37,506 bases of DNA. Origin: a virus. The notes beneath the pieces were generated by a model that was not told the origin of the DNA, ran no database searches, and saw only the letters and a program-made list of their open reading frames with translations. The stretch is from IMG/VR virus record IMGVR_UViG_3300038701_001420, positions 1 through 37,506 of that record, one strand, 5' to 3'. This document shows positions 18,482 to 25,839 of the stretch, one piece after another (position 1 is the first letter of the stretch; each line of letters starts with the position of its first letter). The translations under genes were made by a program, and so were the position numbers.

Positions 18482-18703
18482 CTAGGAGGGCTTTTTCATT
18501 CTTTTGTATGCAGGAGTTTTATCATAGGTGTGATTTAGTTTGCTCTTTTTAAAAGCTCCTATCTCTTCCCTGTATGCCTCTTCTCTTTTTTTAAGGTTCC
18601 TTTTTTCTTGAGCTTCAGAAGAAACCAAATAAGCAATACCAAAGATGAACAAAATTAAAGCCAGGAGGAGGGCAAAGATTTTCATCATTTCATACATGTA
18701 CAT
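18482..18703 (-). CDS. Small single-pass membrane protein with basic tail
   Basis: 73 aa with IFALLLALILFIFGIAYLV followed by a K/R/E-rich tail. Confidence 0.55.
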   Translation of the reverse strand: MYMYEMMKIFALLLALILFIFGIAYLVSSEAQEKRNLKKREEAYREEIGAFKKSKLNHTYDKTPAYKRMKKPS

Positions 18704-18723
18704 TTTGTTTTTATTTTAAATTT

Positions 18724-18915
18724 TTAAATGTACTCAGGTTCAACACCATTTTCTTTAAAGATTCCAATCAATCTATCATTCGCATGATCATGAAAAGAGT
18801 TTGTTCTTACCCAATTATTTATTGTTTGTCTTGGGCGACCTAAAGTTTTGGCGAGGAATTTCTGAGTGATCCTACCATTGGTTTTTTCAATGGAGGCTTT
18901 CAAATTAATTATCAT
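18724..18915 (-). CDS. Small helix-turn-helix DNA-binding protein
   Basis: 63 aa. ITQKFLAKTLGRPRQTINNWV reads as an HTH. ATGA overlap with the upstream gene. Confidence 0.55.
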   Translation of the reverse strand: MIINLKASIEKTNGRITQKFLAKTLGRPRQTINNWVRTNSFHDHANDRLIGIFKENGVEPEYI

Positions 18916-19316
18916 TGCTTGATTAAGTTATCTATAAATGTTGTGTCGATGAGTGGCTCTTTTTCAAGAAAAGTTTCAAGGTATTCAATTGCTTGCAAGT
19001 GGCCCCTACAAACAGAGGCTGAAACACCGGTTGAATTTTCCAAGTCATGAATCCACTCCTTTTGCTCCTTGCTTACAGCTCCGCCTTTCTCTTTCTTCAT
19101 CTCAATGAAGATTGTTTTATGCTCGCCATTAAATCTGTATTGAGGTGGAATGACTATGATGAGGTCAGGGACTCCTTTGACAACCCCAGCCATTCTATTT
19201 TGATTGATAGCCTTCCATGATTTAGTAAAGGTATTTTGAGCAGTGGCGCTGACTCTTATCTTTTTTTCTCGACACCAATTGACCACTTTGCTTTGCTCTT
19301 TCAGTTCTGAAAGCAT
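18912..19316 (-). CDS. VRR-NUC family nuclease
   Basis: GVPDLIIVI ... IFIEMKKEKGGAVSKEQKEWI forms a PD-(D/E)xK core as in VRR-NUC domains. Confidence 0.75.
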   Translation of the reverse strand: MLSELKEQSKVVNWCREKKIRVSATAQNTFTKSWKAINQNRMAGVVKGVPDLIIVIPPQYRFNGEHKTIFIEMKKEKGGAVSKEQKEWIHDLENSTGVSASVCRGHLQAIEYLETFLEKEPLIDTTFIDNLIKQ

Positions 19317-19326
19317 TGATTTTAAA

Positions 19327-19584
19327 TTAGGCTACAGCTTGCATGAACTCCTTGAGTCCTTCATTTTCTTCTACTCGTTCTTTCACTGGACGGTAGGCAG
19401 GGTTTTTGCTGACATGCTCAGCTACCTGCCTACCGTATTTTTGGGCTTCTTTACGTTCCTTCTGCTTCTGCTCGGGACTGACTGTTAGCTTTTCGTATCG
19501 AATGCGTTTTGCATGCTTACAAGTCTTGTGTACTAGCCACCCCTTGCAACTGCAATTTACAATCTTCTTGTCGAGAACAGTCAC
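19327..19584 (-). CDS. SWIM-type zinc-finger protein (true 5' end probably upstream; frame open to 19683)
   Basis: CSCKGWLVHKTCKH matches CxCx(n)CxH. The track start is GTG. The 33 codons upstream in the same frame read as protein (TIEAFNEVFGATDKSIVYAVESDKSKKRFYE). Confidence 0.6.
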   Translation of the reverse strand: MTVLDKKIVNCSCKGWLVHKTCKHAKRIRYEKLTVSPEQKQKERKEAQKYGRQVAEHVSKNPAYRPVKERVEENEGLKEFMQAVA

Positions 19585-19670
19585 TTCATAGAACCTTTTT
19601 TTAGATTTGTCAGATTCAACCGCATAAACAATAGACTTGTCGGTTGCTCCAAAGACTTCATTAAAGGCTT

Positions 19671-20078
19671 CTATTGTTTTTTTTTATCGGCTTCCTCTTT
19701 TGGCATAGCTTCAACTTTTTGCACATTGGCAAAAGTTTTACCTGCATGTTTCCCACGACCTTCACGGTGAACAATGGTCACCATACAATCAAGACCTTCA
19801 AGGATTTGCTCATCAAAGTCTCCTTGAGGAGGTAGGCCGTTTGGATTGGCAAGACCGACAAGGTCACCAAACACACGGAAGCCGTCACCTTCCATGATCT
19901 CAGGAACCACAAATTCATTGTGAGTTACCCCATCAAGATCAACCAAGTCGAACTTAACGATTAGTTTTAATTGATTTGGATTTTCATCGTAGATGTCTAC
20001 CCCATCAATAAATGCCTTGTGAGTTCCGGCAGGAGCCAGTTCAAAAGTAGGCGCTTCTGAAGTTTTGTATGAAATCAT
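19671..20078 (-). CDS. DUF669-like protein (Sak4-associated ssDNA-binding partner type)
   Basis: First ATG is at 20078; the track start 20159 is a TTG extension. 135 aa. Called from synteny with the Sak4-like ATPase and general sequence resemblance. Ends in an A9 run. Confidence 0.5.
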   Translation of the reverse strand: MISYKTSEAPTFELAPAGTHKAFIDGVDIYDENPNQLKLIVKFDLVDLDGVTHNEFVVPEIMEGDGFRVFGDLVGLANPNGLPPQGDFDEQILEGLDCMVTIVHREGRGKHAGKTFANVQKVEAMPKEEADKKKQ

Positions 20079-20159
20079 TTTGATAATGATTAAGAAATAA
20101 ATTGGACTGAAGTCCAGGATTCGGCCATCAATATTTGATGACCGCGTTCTGAATTCCAA

Positions 20160-20306
20160 TTAGATTGACCAGATAATGCTAACCATGACCAATGCGAACG
20201 TTGCCTTATTCCACTTGCCATTGTTTGCCAGTCCGAAGGCCACAAGTAGCAAGGCGAAGCCGATCAGTATAGTTATGAACTTAGAAAAGTTGATAGCGAG
20301 TTCCAT
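20160..20306 (-). CDS. Unlisted 48-aa two-TM membrane protein
   Basis: Hand translation gives MELAINFSKFITILIGFALLLVAFGLANNGKWNKATFALVMVSIIWSI with ATG start and TAA stop. It fills an otherwise empty 266-nt gap. Confidence 0.5.
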   Translation of the reverse strand: MELAINFSKFITILIGFALLLVAFGLANNGKWNKATFALVMVSIIWSI

Positions 20307-20344
20307 TTTTATTATTGTTATTTTTTAAAATGGAGGGCTTAAAA

Positions 20345-20641
20345 TTAAAGGTTTCCTTTATCAGCTTCACAAGCCAAGTGGCAAACTTGAGCATCCCATA
20401 GAGCAAGGTCTCCTCCAGAGCTAATGATATTTTTCATATCATCAAAGCATTCAGCTTGGCAAACGTCACTGACTACAATGTCACCGTAGCGAATTTCTTT
20501 TGGTTCCGCTGGAGCTTCATCAACGACCGCAGGCTCTTCAACCTGTGGCTCTTGAACTTCCACGGGGGCAGAGCAACCAGTAGTTACCAAGACCATTGTT
20601 AGGGCAAATAAAGTAAGGGGTAGTAGTTTAGTATTTTTCAT
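20345..20641 (-). CDS. Lipoprotein with twin CX3C motifs (paralog of 22437..22664)
   Basis: Signal peptide plus lipobox-like LVTTGC, a Pro/Glu-rich linker, then CQAEC-x21-CHLAC. Confidence 0.65.
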   Translation of the reverse strand: MKNTKLLPLTLFALTMVLVTTGCSAPVEVQEPQVEEPAVVDEAPAEPKEIRYGDIVVSDVCQAECFDDMKNIISSGGDLALWDAQVCHLACEADKGNL

Positions 20642-20674
20642 AATATTTGTAAGGTAAGTAAATTAAATTATAAA

Positions 20675-21070
20675 TTATTTTGCTGCTTTGATTGACATGT
20701 ATTCGCTTTCTGTTGGCTCTGTACCGTCAAGCAATTCACCAGTGGTTTTAAGAAGCTGCTTAGCATATCCTTTGAACCGTAGAACATCGACTTGTTCATG
20801 TACATAGTCGCGTTCCATTCCATTTTTTTTGAGTGCTTTGATTAATGCACCTTGGTCATAAACTGCGATGTCTCTTTTGACAACGCGGGCGAAGTTGTGG
20901 GTCTCAGTCTTAATTGACTTTAGCCCCATTTCCTTCATAGCCTCCACAAGTTTTTCTTGGGTGGTAAGCTTTTTCTCCTTGACCGGAGCTAGCTTTTCTT
21001 TGATTTCTTTTTCCTCGGCTCTTAGTTTGCTTAGAGCTTCGGCCAGTTTTAGGATTTTTTTCATAGGCAT
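20675..21070 (-). CDS. Gp157-like coiled-coil protein (start uncertain: 21064, 21070 or 21169)
   Basis: MKKILKLAEALSKLRAEEKEIKEKL.. resembles siphovirus Gp157-type proteins found beside Sak4 modules. The longer track version adds a 33-aa extension that overlaps the upstream gene. Confidence 0.45.
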   Translation of the reverse strand: MPMKKILKLAEALSKLRAEEKEIKEKLAPVKEKKLTTQEKLVEAMKEMGLKSIKTETHNFARVVKRDIAVYDQGALIKALKKNGMERDYVHEQVDVLRFKGYAKQLLKTTGELLDGTEPTESEYMSIKAAK

Positions 21071-21134
21071 GAAAGGTTTAATAATTAAATGGCAAACAAC
21101 ACAGTGAGTAAAGTCTTCCGGTGGGGGTATGGTT

Positions 21135-21329
21135 TCAGTGACGTGAAGACAGTTTCTTTTTTTCATCAATCCAGTTAAACAATTTGAAAGTATTTTTCCA
21201 GAACCAAGTTCTCTTTTCCTCTGATCGCCTGTATATCTGATAACCGATCAACTCCTCTATCTGCTTTGGAGGGAGGTCAAGGTTCTTCATTTCTGAGTAA
21301 GCCTTGATCATTTGTCTGATTGTTGGCAT
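21135..21329 (-). CDS. Hypothetical protein
   Basis: 64-aa ORF, ATG start. Confidence 0.5.
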   Translation of the reverse strand: MPTIRQMIKAYSEMKNLDLPPKQIEELIGYQIYRRSEEKRTWFWKNTFKLFNWIDEKKKLSSRH

Positions 21330-21335
21330 AGCTTT

Positions 21336-22238
21336 TTACATTAATTTTTTAAGTAATTTTTTAGCTTGCGTTTGAGTGATGTGAGACCATTCTTTTATGG
21401 GGGTCTCGCTCACTTCATTCAAATTTTCTAATGAGTCACCAGACTTTTTCTTTAGTCTTTCAAGCATCAAAGCAGTGACAGGGTCTTTCAGATTGTCAGC
21501 TTCAGGCTCATAAACAACCTCCTCTTCAATCGCATCAGTTCCACTATTCGACCATTTCATTAATGCTTCGCCTGTCTCTTTTCCAATCTTGAATTCAGGT
21601 ACTCCATCAAACAGTCCTGTGCGATCTTTACTTGAAACTGCATGGTGAGTGATGTCGATGTCGAAAGCCACTGTCAATTCGTATTCGAACCCCTCGCGCT
21701 GAATCTCTTTGAGACCAACTTTAGTGACGACTGTTTTACCGCGCTCATCCTTCCCCATGTCGTAGTCTTGTTTTCTTCTGGTGGTCGTTATGATGTGGCA
21801 GGGCGATTGAATGATGGCATCAATAAACTTCTTGTGTCTGGGAGTTACCTTGCCCCAAGCGATGTATGAATTCTTTGACCTGCTGGCCTGAGTGATTTGA
21901 TCAACTGTTTCAAGACAGCCACCGGTTCCATCCCATTCATGGGTAGCTGAATCAATTATGATAACCTCTATGCCAGCATCTTCACAAGTCTTGATTGCTT
22001 CAATGTATCTTTCAGGTGTGTAATTGGGATTGAGTCTTAAGTATTGGTATTGACCGATACCTTTTGAATTGGCGTACAATTCACCTGAACCACTTTCAGT
22101 GTCGATCAGAGCGATCTTATCCCAGCTTGCCATTCCACTTGCCAACAACAAAGCTGAGTAAGTTTTTCCGGAACCGGCAGGGCCTGACATTCCGATTCTA
22201 AGTTTGGCCTTTCGGCGTTCTGCTTTTCTTAATTGCAT
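21336..22238 (-). CDS. Sak4-like RecA-fold ATPase (AAA_24 type)
   Basis: Walker A GPAGSGKT and Walker B-like VIIIDSATHEW. 300 aa. Confidence 0.8.
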   Translation of the reverse strand: MQLRKAERRKAKLRIGMSGPAGSGKTYSALLLASGMASWDKIALIDTESGSGELYANSKGIGQYQYLRLNPNYTPERYIEAIKTCEDAGIEVIIIDSATHEWDGTGGCLETVDQITQASRSKNSYIAWGKVTPRHKKFIDAIIQSPCHIITTTRRKQDYDMGKDERGKTVVTKVGLKEIQREGFEYELTVAFDIDITHHAVSSKDRTGLFDGVPEFKIGKETGEALMKWSNSGTDAIEEEVVYEPEADNLKDPVTALMLERLKKKSGDSLENLNEVSETPIKEWSHITQTQAKKLLKKLM

Positions 22239-22447
22239 GATAGATTTTGATTAGCTTTGATAAATCGCTCTAGGTTCTCATTTGCCTCTAGCTTTGACTG
22301 CTCTAGCTGGAAGGCTTTTACAATATTGTAGATGTCTAGCAGAGGGATATTTATTACTTCTCCATTGGGCTTTAACATCTTGACCCTGCCTTTGTTTTTT
22401 TTGATTTCGAGATTATAAATATCTCCATACTCTCCTTTAATTTTCAT
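22229..22447 (-). CDS. Hypothetical protein
   Basis: 72-aa ORF with short overlaps on both sides. Confidence 0.5.
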   Translation of the reverse strand: MKIKGEYGDIYNLEIKKNKGRVKMLKPNGEVINIPLLDIYNIVKAFQLEQSKLEANENLERFIKANQNLSCN

Positions 22448-22664
22448 TTTGTTGTTTTTTATTTTTATAGCAATGTGCTAAGCACTGATCTAATGTTTTA
22501 AATTCTAGCTCGTTTGGAGGTGTGCCTTTTGCATCTTCCATGCACTCGTACCTACACATTCCAAACACATCTGGCTGATAGGTCTCTGGTTCACTTGTTG
22601 GATTCGAGCAGCCCACTAAGACAATAGCCAGTGATGCTAGAAATCCAAGTTTTAAATTTTGCAT
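22437..22664 (-). CDS. Lipoprotein with twin CX3C motifs (paralog of 20345..20641)
   Basis: Signal peptide plus lipobox LVGC, then CRYEC-x19-CLAHC. Confidence 0.65.
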   Translation of the reverse strand: MQNLKLGFLASLAIVLVGCSNPTSEPETYQPDVFGMCRYECMEDAKGTPPNELEFKTLDQCLAHCYKNKKQQNEN

Positions 22665-22678
22665 TATTATTGATTGGG

Positions 22679-22870
22679 TTATTTTTTACGTCTTCGGTCT
22701 TCCTCTTTGAGTCTCTTGACTGTGACCTTGTTTGCAAGGATGTCACACAGTCTTTCACATAGTCCTTTTCCACTCTTCATTCTTTTGTTTACTTCGCTGC
22801 TCACTTTTTTCCTCATGTCCGGGCCTCGATCCAGATTAGAGTGATTTGCATTATGCTCTCCGTAATACAT
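22679..22870 (-). CDS. Small basic protein (63 aa from ATG 22870)
   Basis: The track start 22909 is a TTG lying inside the C-rich leader. The first ATG gives MYYGEHNANHS.., and the C-terminus is KRLKEEDRRRKK. Confidence 0.5.
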   Translation of the reverse strand: MYYGEHNANHSNLDRGPDMRKKVSSEVNKRMKSGKGLCERLCDILANKVTVKRLKEEDRRRKK

Positions 22871-22880
22871 TGTATCTTGG

Positions 22881-23076
22881 TTATAAAATAAAATGGAGGG
22901 GGAGGGCAAGGAGGTTAGGGCGAGACCTCCCCCCTGACGGGGGCTTGATGAGCTGGATAAGCTTCCTAAAGATCAGATTAGGATATTTTCACACAGTCAA
23001 GGGGGAAGTCTCACAATGTCTTGAGGTTTGGTTTAGGCCCGTGTTGCCAATCGGCTGGGCGTTCTCTTCATTCGAC
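22881..23076 (-). promoter_or_regulatory. Structured 5' leader with competing helices and a terminator-like hairpin (candidate attenuator/riboswitch)
   Basis: No credible ORF. The G-tract 22934-22922 can pair with 23012-23000 (12-13 bp), or with 22943-22939, or with 22905-22898 followed by a U-rich tract. Confidence 0.5.
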
Positions 23077-23082
23077 AACACC

Positions 23083-23111
23083 ATTCTAGCAAATAATTAT
23101 ACAAAGGTCAA
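23083..23111 (-). promoter_or_regulatory. Sigma70-like promoter: TTGACC, 17-nt spacer, TAGAAT, with GTATAATTA (23102-23094) inside the spacer
   Basis: Read on the minus strand immediately after the stop of 23114..23350. Confidence 0.55.
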
Positions 23112-23113
23112 TA

Positions 23114-23350
23114 CTATTTGCTATGCAAATCTTGTTTAGGTTGTTTAATACTACCTAGTACAAACTTGCATTTTGGACACCAAACAGCTTCGGGCTTTGG
23201 TGTTTTGCGTGAGATCATTCCGTATTTGGTTTGACGTTTTAGGTATCGAAGCCATCGTTCATTCATTCTAACGTCCCGGCACTTGGGACACATGAGCATA
23301 GACTCACGTTCTTCATACTGATGCTCTTCGTATTTAGTTTCTTTGGACAT
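23114..23350 (-). CDS. Zinc-ribbon protein
   Basis: 78 aa with two CPKC motifs (CPKCRD .. CPKCKF). Confidence 0.6.
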   Translation of the reverse strand: MSKETKYEEHQYEERESMLMCPKCRDVRMNERWLRYLKRQTKYGMISRKTPKPEAVWCPKCKFVLGSIKQPKQDLHSK

Positions 23351-23362
23351 GGTAATTAGTGG

Positions 23363-23584
23363 TTAAAATTTTCGCTTCTTGCGTTGCTTGGTACTGGTAA
23401 GATGCCACAACGAACAATGCGGGCATTTGTACGGGCGAAGGTAGACCCTTCTGCTAGCGTTGCGTCTAGCGCGCTTGATCCCCTTCACTGCATACTCTGC
23501 TTTTGGTTTTGATTTGTATGTTGTTTTTAGGCAATTGAAATTACTACTCAATGCTCCGCATGAAATCGACAGCCTCCTGATCAA
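23363..23584 (-). CDS. Small basic Cys-containing protein (start uncertain)
   Basis: The track start is TTG and overlaps the helicase gene by 41 nt. No internal ATG; an internal GTG would give a 41-aa product. Contains YKCPHCSLWHLTS and the tail KQRKKRKF. Confidence 0.4.
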   Translation of the reverse strand: MIRRLSISCGALSSNFNCLKTTYKSKPKAEYAVKGIKRARRNASRRVYLRPYKCPHCSLWHLTSTKQRKKRKF

Positions 23585-24794
23585 TCTTTATGTACTTAGG
23601 ATCAAAGTTTTTGATCTGTACACCTTCAAGAGTTCTGGCTCTCGATAATGCAACGTAAGCTTGGAAGGGGGCAAAGATACCTTCAAAGTCAATGGCCATC
23701 CTATCGAGACTCATGCCTTGACTTTTGTGGATCGTGATTGCCCAACAGAGCTTGAGAGGGAATTGAGAAATTTGGCCAATGGTTTTTTCATCCCTAGTGT
23801 AAGGGTCTTTTATTTTTACTTCATAAACCTTACGGCTTATAGGAATACAAACACCATTGTCAAAGGCGACTGTTATCTCGTGAGGTTCAATATCCACAAT
23901 CTCACCAGTGCTTCCATTGGCTATTGAATGTTTTTCTAGGTGTTCATTTGAAAGCATCATCACACGCGCACCCTCCTTCACTATCAGGTTACTTTCAATC
24001 AAGCTATCATTAATAAATTTTTTCATCCCGATCTCAGCCTGTTTTTCATTTACCCCAAGCTCAGCCTGCATTTCCGCCAGAAAGCTATGCCTTTCTCCAT
24101 CAAGTGCATTCAGCTTCCTTCTGTTCACCCTGTCGCAAAGCATATTGCGAGGGAATAATTGAACAACGTCTTCACTGAACTCATGATTAATATTCATATT
24201 CTTTAAGTGATCAATGTCATATTCTGACATCTCATTGACCTGCATCCGATTAAGTAGGCCAGCCATGAGTGGGTCTTTTTGCCTCTTGATTTCTGTTAGC
24301 TTGATTGAAACCAGATTGGCCTTTTCCCAAGCCTCAGACTTAAAGCAGTAATCACCATCCGGATCAACAGGGGGTAGCTGCATGAAGTCCCCGACCAATA
24401 TAATCTGAAGCCCACCAAATGATTGATGTGGGCTTTGCCGACAGTGCCTTAAGGACTCATCCAAGTAATCAAGAAACTTTGCATCAATCATTGAAACTTC
24501 ATCGATGATCAACACTTTGCACCGGTCAATTCTTTTCCGAATGTATGGTGGTTCTTTTTGGCCATAGCTCTTCAGGGGTTTGATTGGAAAGAAGCCCCCC
24601 CAACTAAAGATTGTTTGACCTCCAAGATGGTTAGCAGCAATCCCCGTTGAGGCGGTGATGTCTACATCCTCAAGATGTTCTTTGAGGTAGTGGATAAGAT
24701 ATGATTTACCAGTGCCAGCGGCACCAGTCAGAAAAACATTGTGACCCTCTTTTATGAGTTCAAATGCTTCTCTTTGTTTTTGGTTTAGTGACAT
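23544..24794 (-). CDS. PIF1/RecD-like superfamily 1 helicase
   Basis: Motifs GAAGTGKS, LIIDEVSM, VGDFMQLPPV, TIHKSQG and YVALSRA. Confidence 0.85.
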   Translation of the reverse strand: MSLNQKQREAFELIKEGHNVFLTGAAGTGKSYLIHYLKEHLEDVDITASTGIAANHLGGQTIFSWGGFFPIKPLKSYGQKEPPYIRKRIDRCKVLIIDEVSMIDAKFLDYLDESLRHCRQSPHQSFGGLQIILVGDFMQLPPVDPDGDYCFKSEAWEKANLVSIKLTEIKRQKDPLMAGLLNRMQVNEMSEYDIDHLKNMNINHEFSEDVVQLFPRNMLCDRVNRRKLNALDGERHSFLAEMQAELGVNEKQAEIGMKKFINDSLIESNLIVKEGARVMMLSNEHLEKHSIANGSTGEIVDIEPHEITVAFDNGVCIPISRKVYEVKIKDPYTRDEKTIGQISQFPLKLCWAITIHKSQGMSLDRMAIDFEGIFAPFQAYVALSRARTLEGVQIKNFDPKYIKIDQEAVDFMRSIE

Positions 24795-24813
24795 TTTATA
24801 AGTGTTTAAAAAA

Positions 24814-25251
24814 TTAATTAATTAAATTTGGATTTTCGTATATATTTCCGATGATTTGACTTTGTTTATAGCAGCGATAGAGTGGCCAACTTTTTTGTGG
24901 CTCCCCATTTTTAGTAATGCATAGAAAGCCACTTCTATGTTTTACATATTTAACAAAAGCTTTAAACCCTCTGACCTCAATAATATCACCCTGATAAATC
25001 TCAACTCCTTTTTTATCATTGAGGCCAGTACCTTTTCTTAGTATAACCTCTTGCTCTCTGCCGCACCCAGGGGCTGGATTACATAATTTTCTTTTTCTGT
25101 AATAAGTCCCCATGTCTGCGTACTCCTTTGAATTGAGGGTTTGAAAATAACAAAAGACACCCTCAGTCCTAAATTGCAATTCACTTGGAACAAGCATTTT
25201 TTTTCTTTTAATGTCCCAGGCTTTTAGCCTGATTGGAATTTGATCACTCAT
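24814..25251 (-). CDS. YopX-family protein
   Basis: EIYQGDIIE and the C-terminal IIGNIYENPNL are typical of YopX proteins. Confidence 0.7.
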   Translation of the reverse strand: MSDQIPIRLKAWDIKRKKMLVPSELQFRTEGVFCYFQTLNSKEYADMGTYYRKRKLCNPAPGCGREQEVILRKGTGLNDKKGVEIYQGDIIEVRGFKAFVKYVKHRSGFLCITKNGEPQKSWPLYRCYKQSQIIGNIYENPNLIN

Positions 25252-25255
25252 AATA

Positions 25256-25837
25256 TTAAGAGTTAGTTAGCCATTTAACGGCTGAAATAAAATCGACACC
25301 ACGCTTTTTCATCAAGAGATCAATGACGTCACCCCCCTGATTGCATCCAAAGCAATAGTAAGTATTGTTTTGGTAGAGCTTCATGCTGGCGGTGCTGTCC
25401 TCATGAAGTATGCATTTGATGTTTCGGTAGAAACCAATTTCTTTTTCCTCTGAAGAGAATTGAGAAACCAGATTATTGATTGGAAATTCTTTAGCCTGCT
25501 CAACCTTCAGCTCCTCATCATTCTTCCAACGCTTGAATTTTTGCAAGACCTCATTGAAGTGATCACGTTCATCATTCTTCACGATCTTTGTCATGCAGAG
25601 ATCATATACAAGGTCTTCAAATACTTCGAACGCTTCCATCAGATGAACTGATTGTTTGGTGCTGTATTTAAATTTTGAAATTTCTTCTACCTGCCAAGCA
25701 TCCCGATCAAGCAGGTCATGAATATCACCCTCTGAATAGACCGGTGAAAACATTTCAACTAATTCATGCACAAGCAGACCATCCTTAATGTGGATTCTGA
25801 CTATTTCCCGGTCAAGTAATTCATTCTTTTGTACCAT
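25256..25837 (-). CDS. Protein with C-terminal CHC2 (DnaG-type) zinc finger
   Basis: CILHEDSTASMKLYQNNTYYCFGCNQGGDVIDLL gives a CxxH...CxxC pattern with the GGD motif. Confidence 0.65.
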   Translation of the reverse strand: MVQKNELLDREIVRIHIKDGLLVHELVEMFSPVYSEGDIHDLLDRDAWQVEEISKFKYSTKQSVHLMEAFEVFEDLVYDLCMTKIVKNDERDHFNEVLQKFKRWKNDEELKVEQAKEFPINNLVSQFSSEEKEIGFYRNIKCILHEDSTASMKLYQNNTYYCFGCNQGGDVIDLLMKKRGVDFISAVKWLTNS

Positions 25838-25839
25838 GA

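Noticed and set aside
22846-23139. A 97-aa plus-strand ORF across the leader island, and the perfect Shine-Dalgarno AAGGAGGT at 22908-22915.
   Set aside because: It would be the only plus-strand gene inside the minus block and its sequence looks like noise. No ATG, GTG or TTG follows the SD-like motif at a usable distance. The motif is the complement of the C-rich arm of the candidate terminator.
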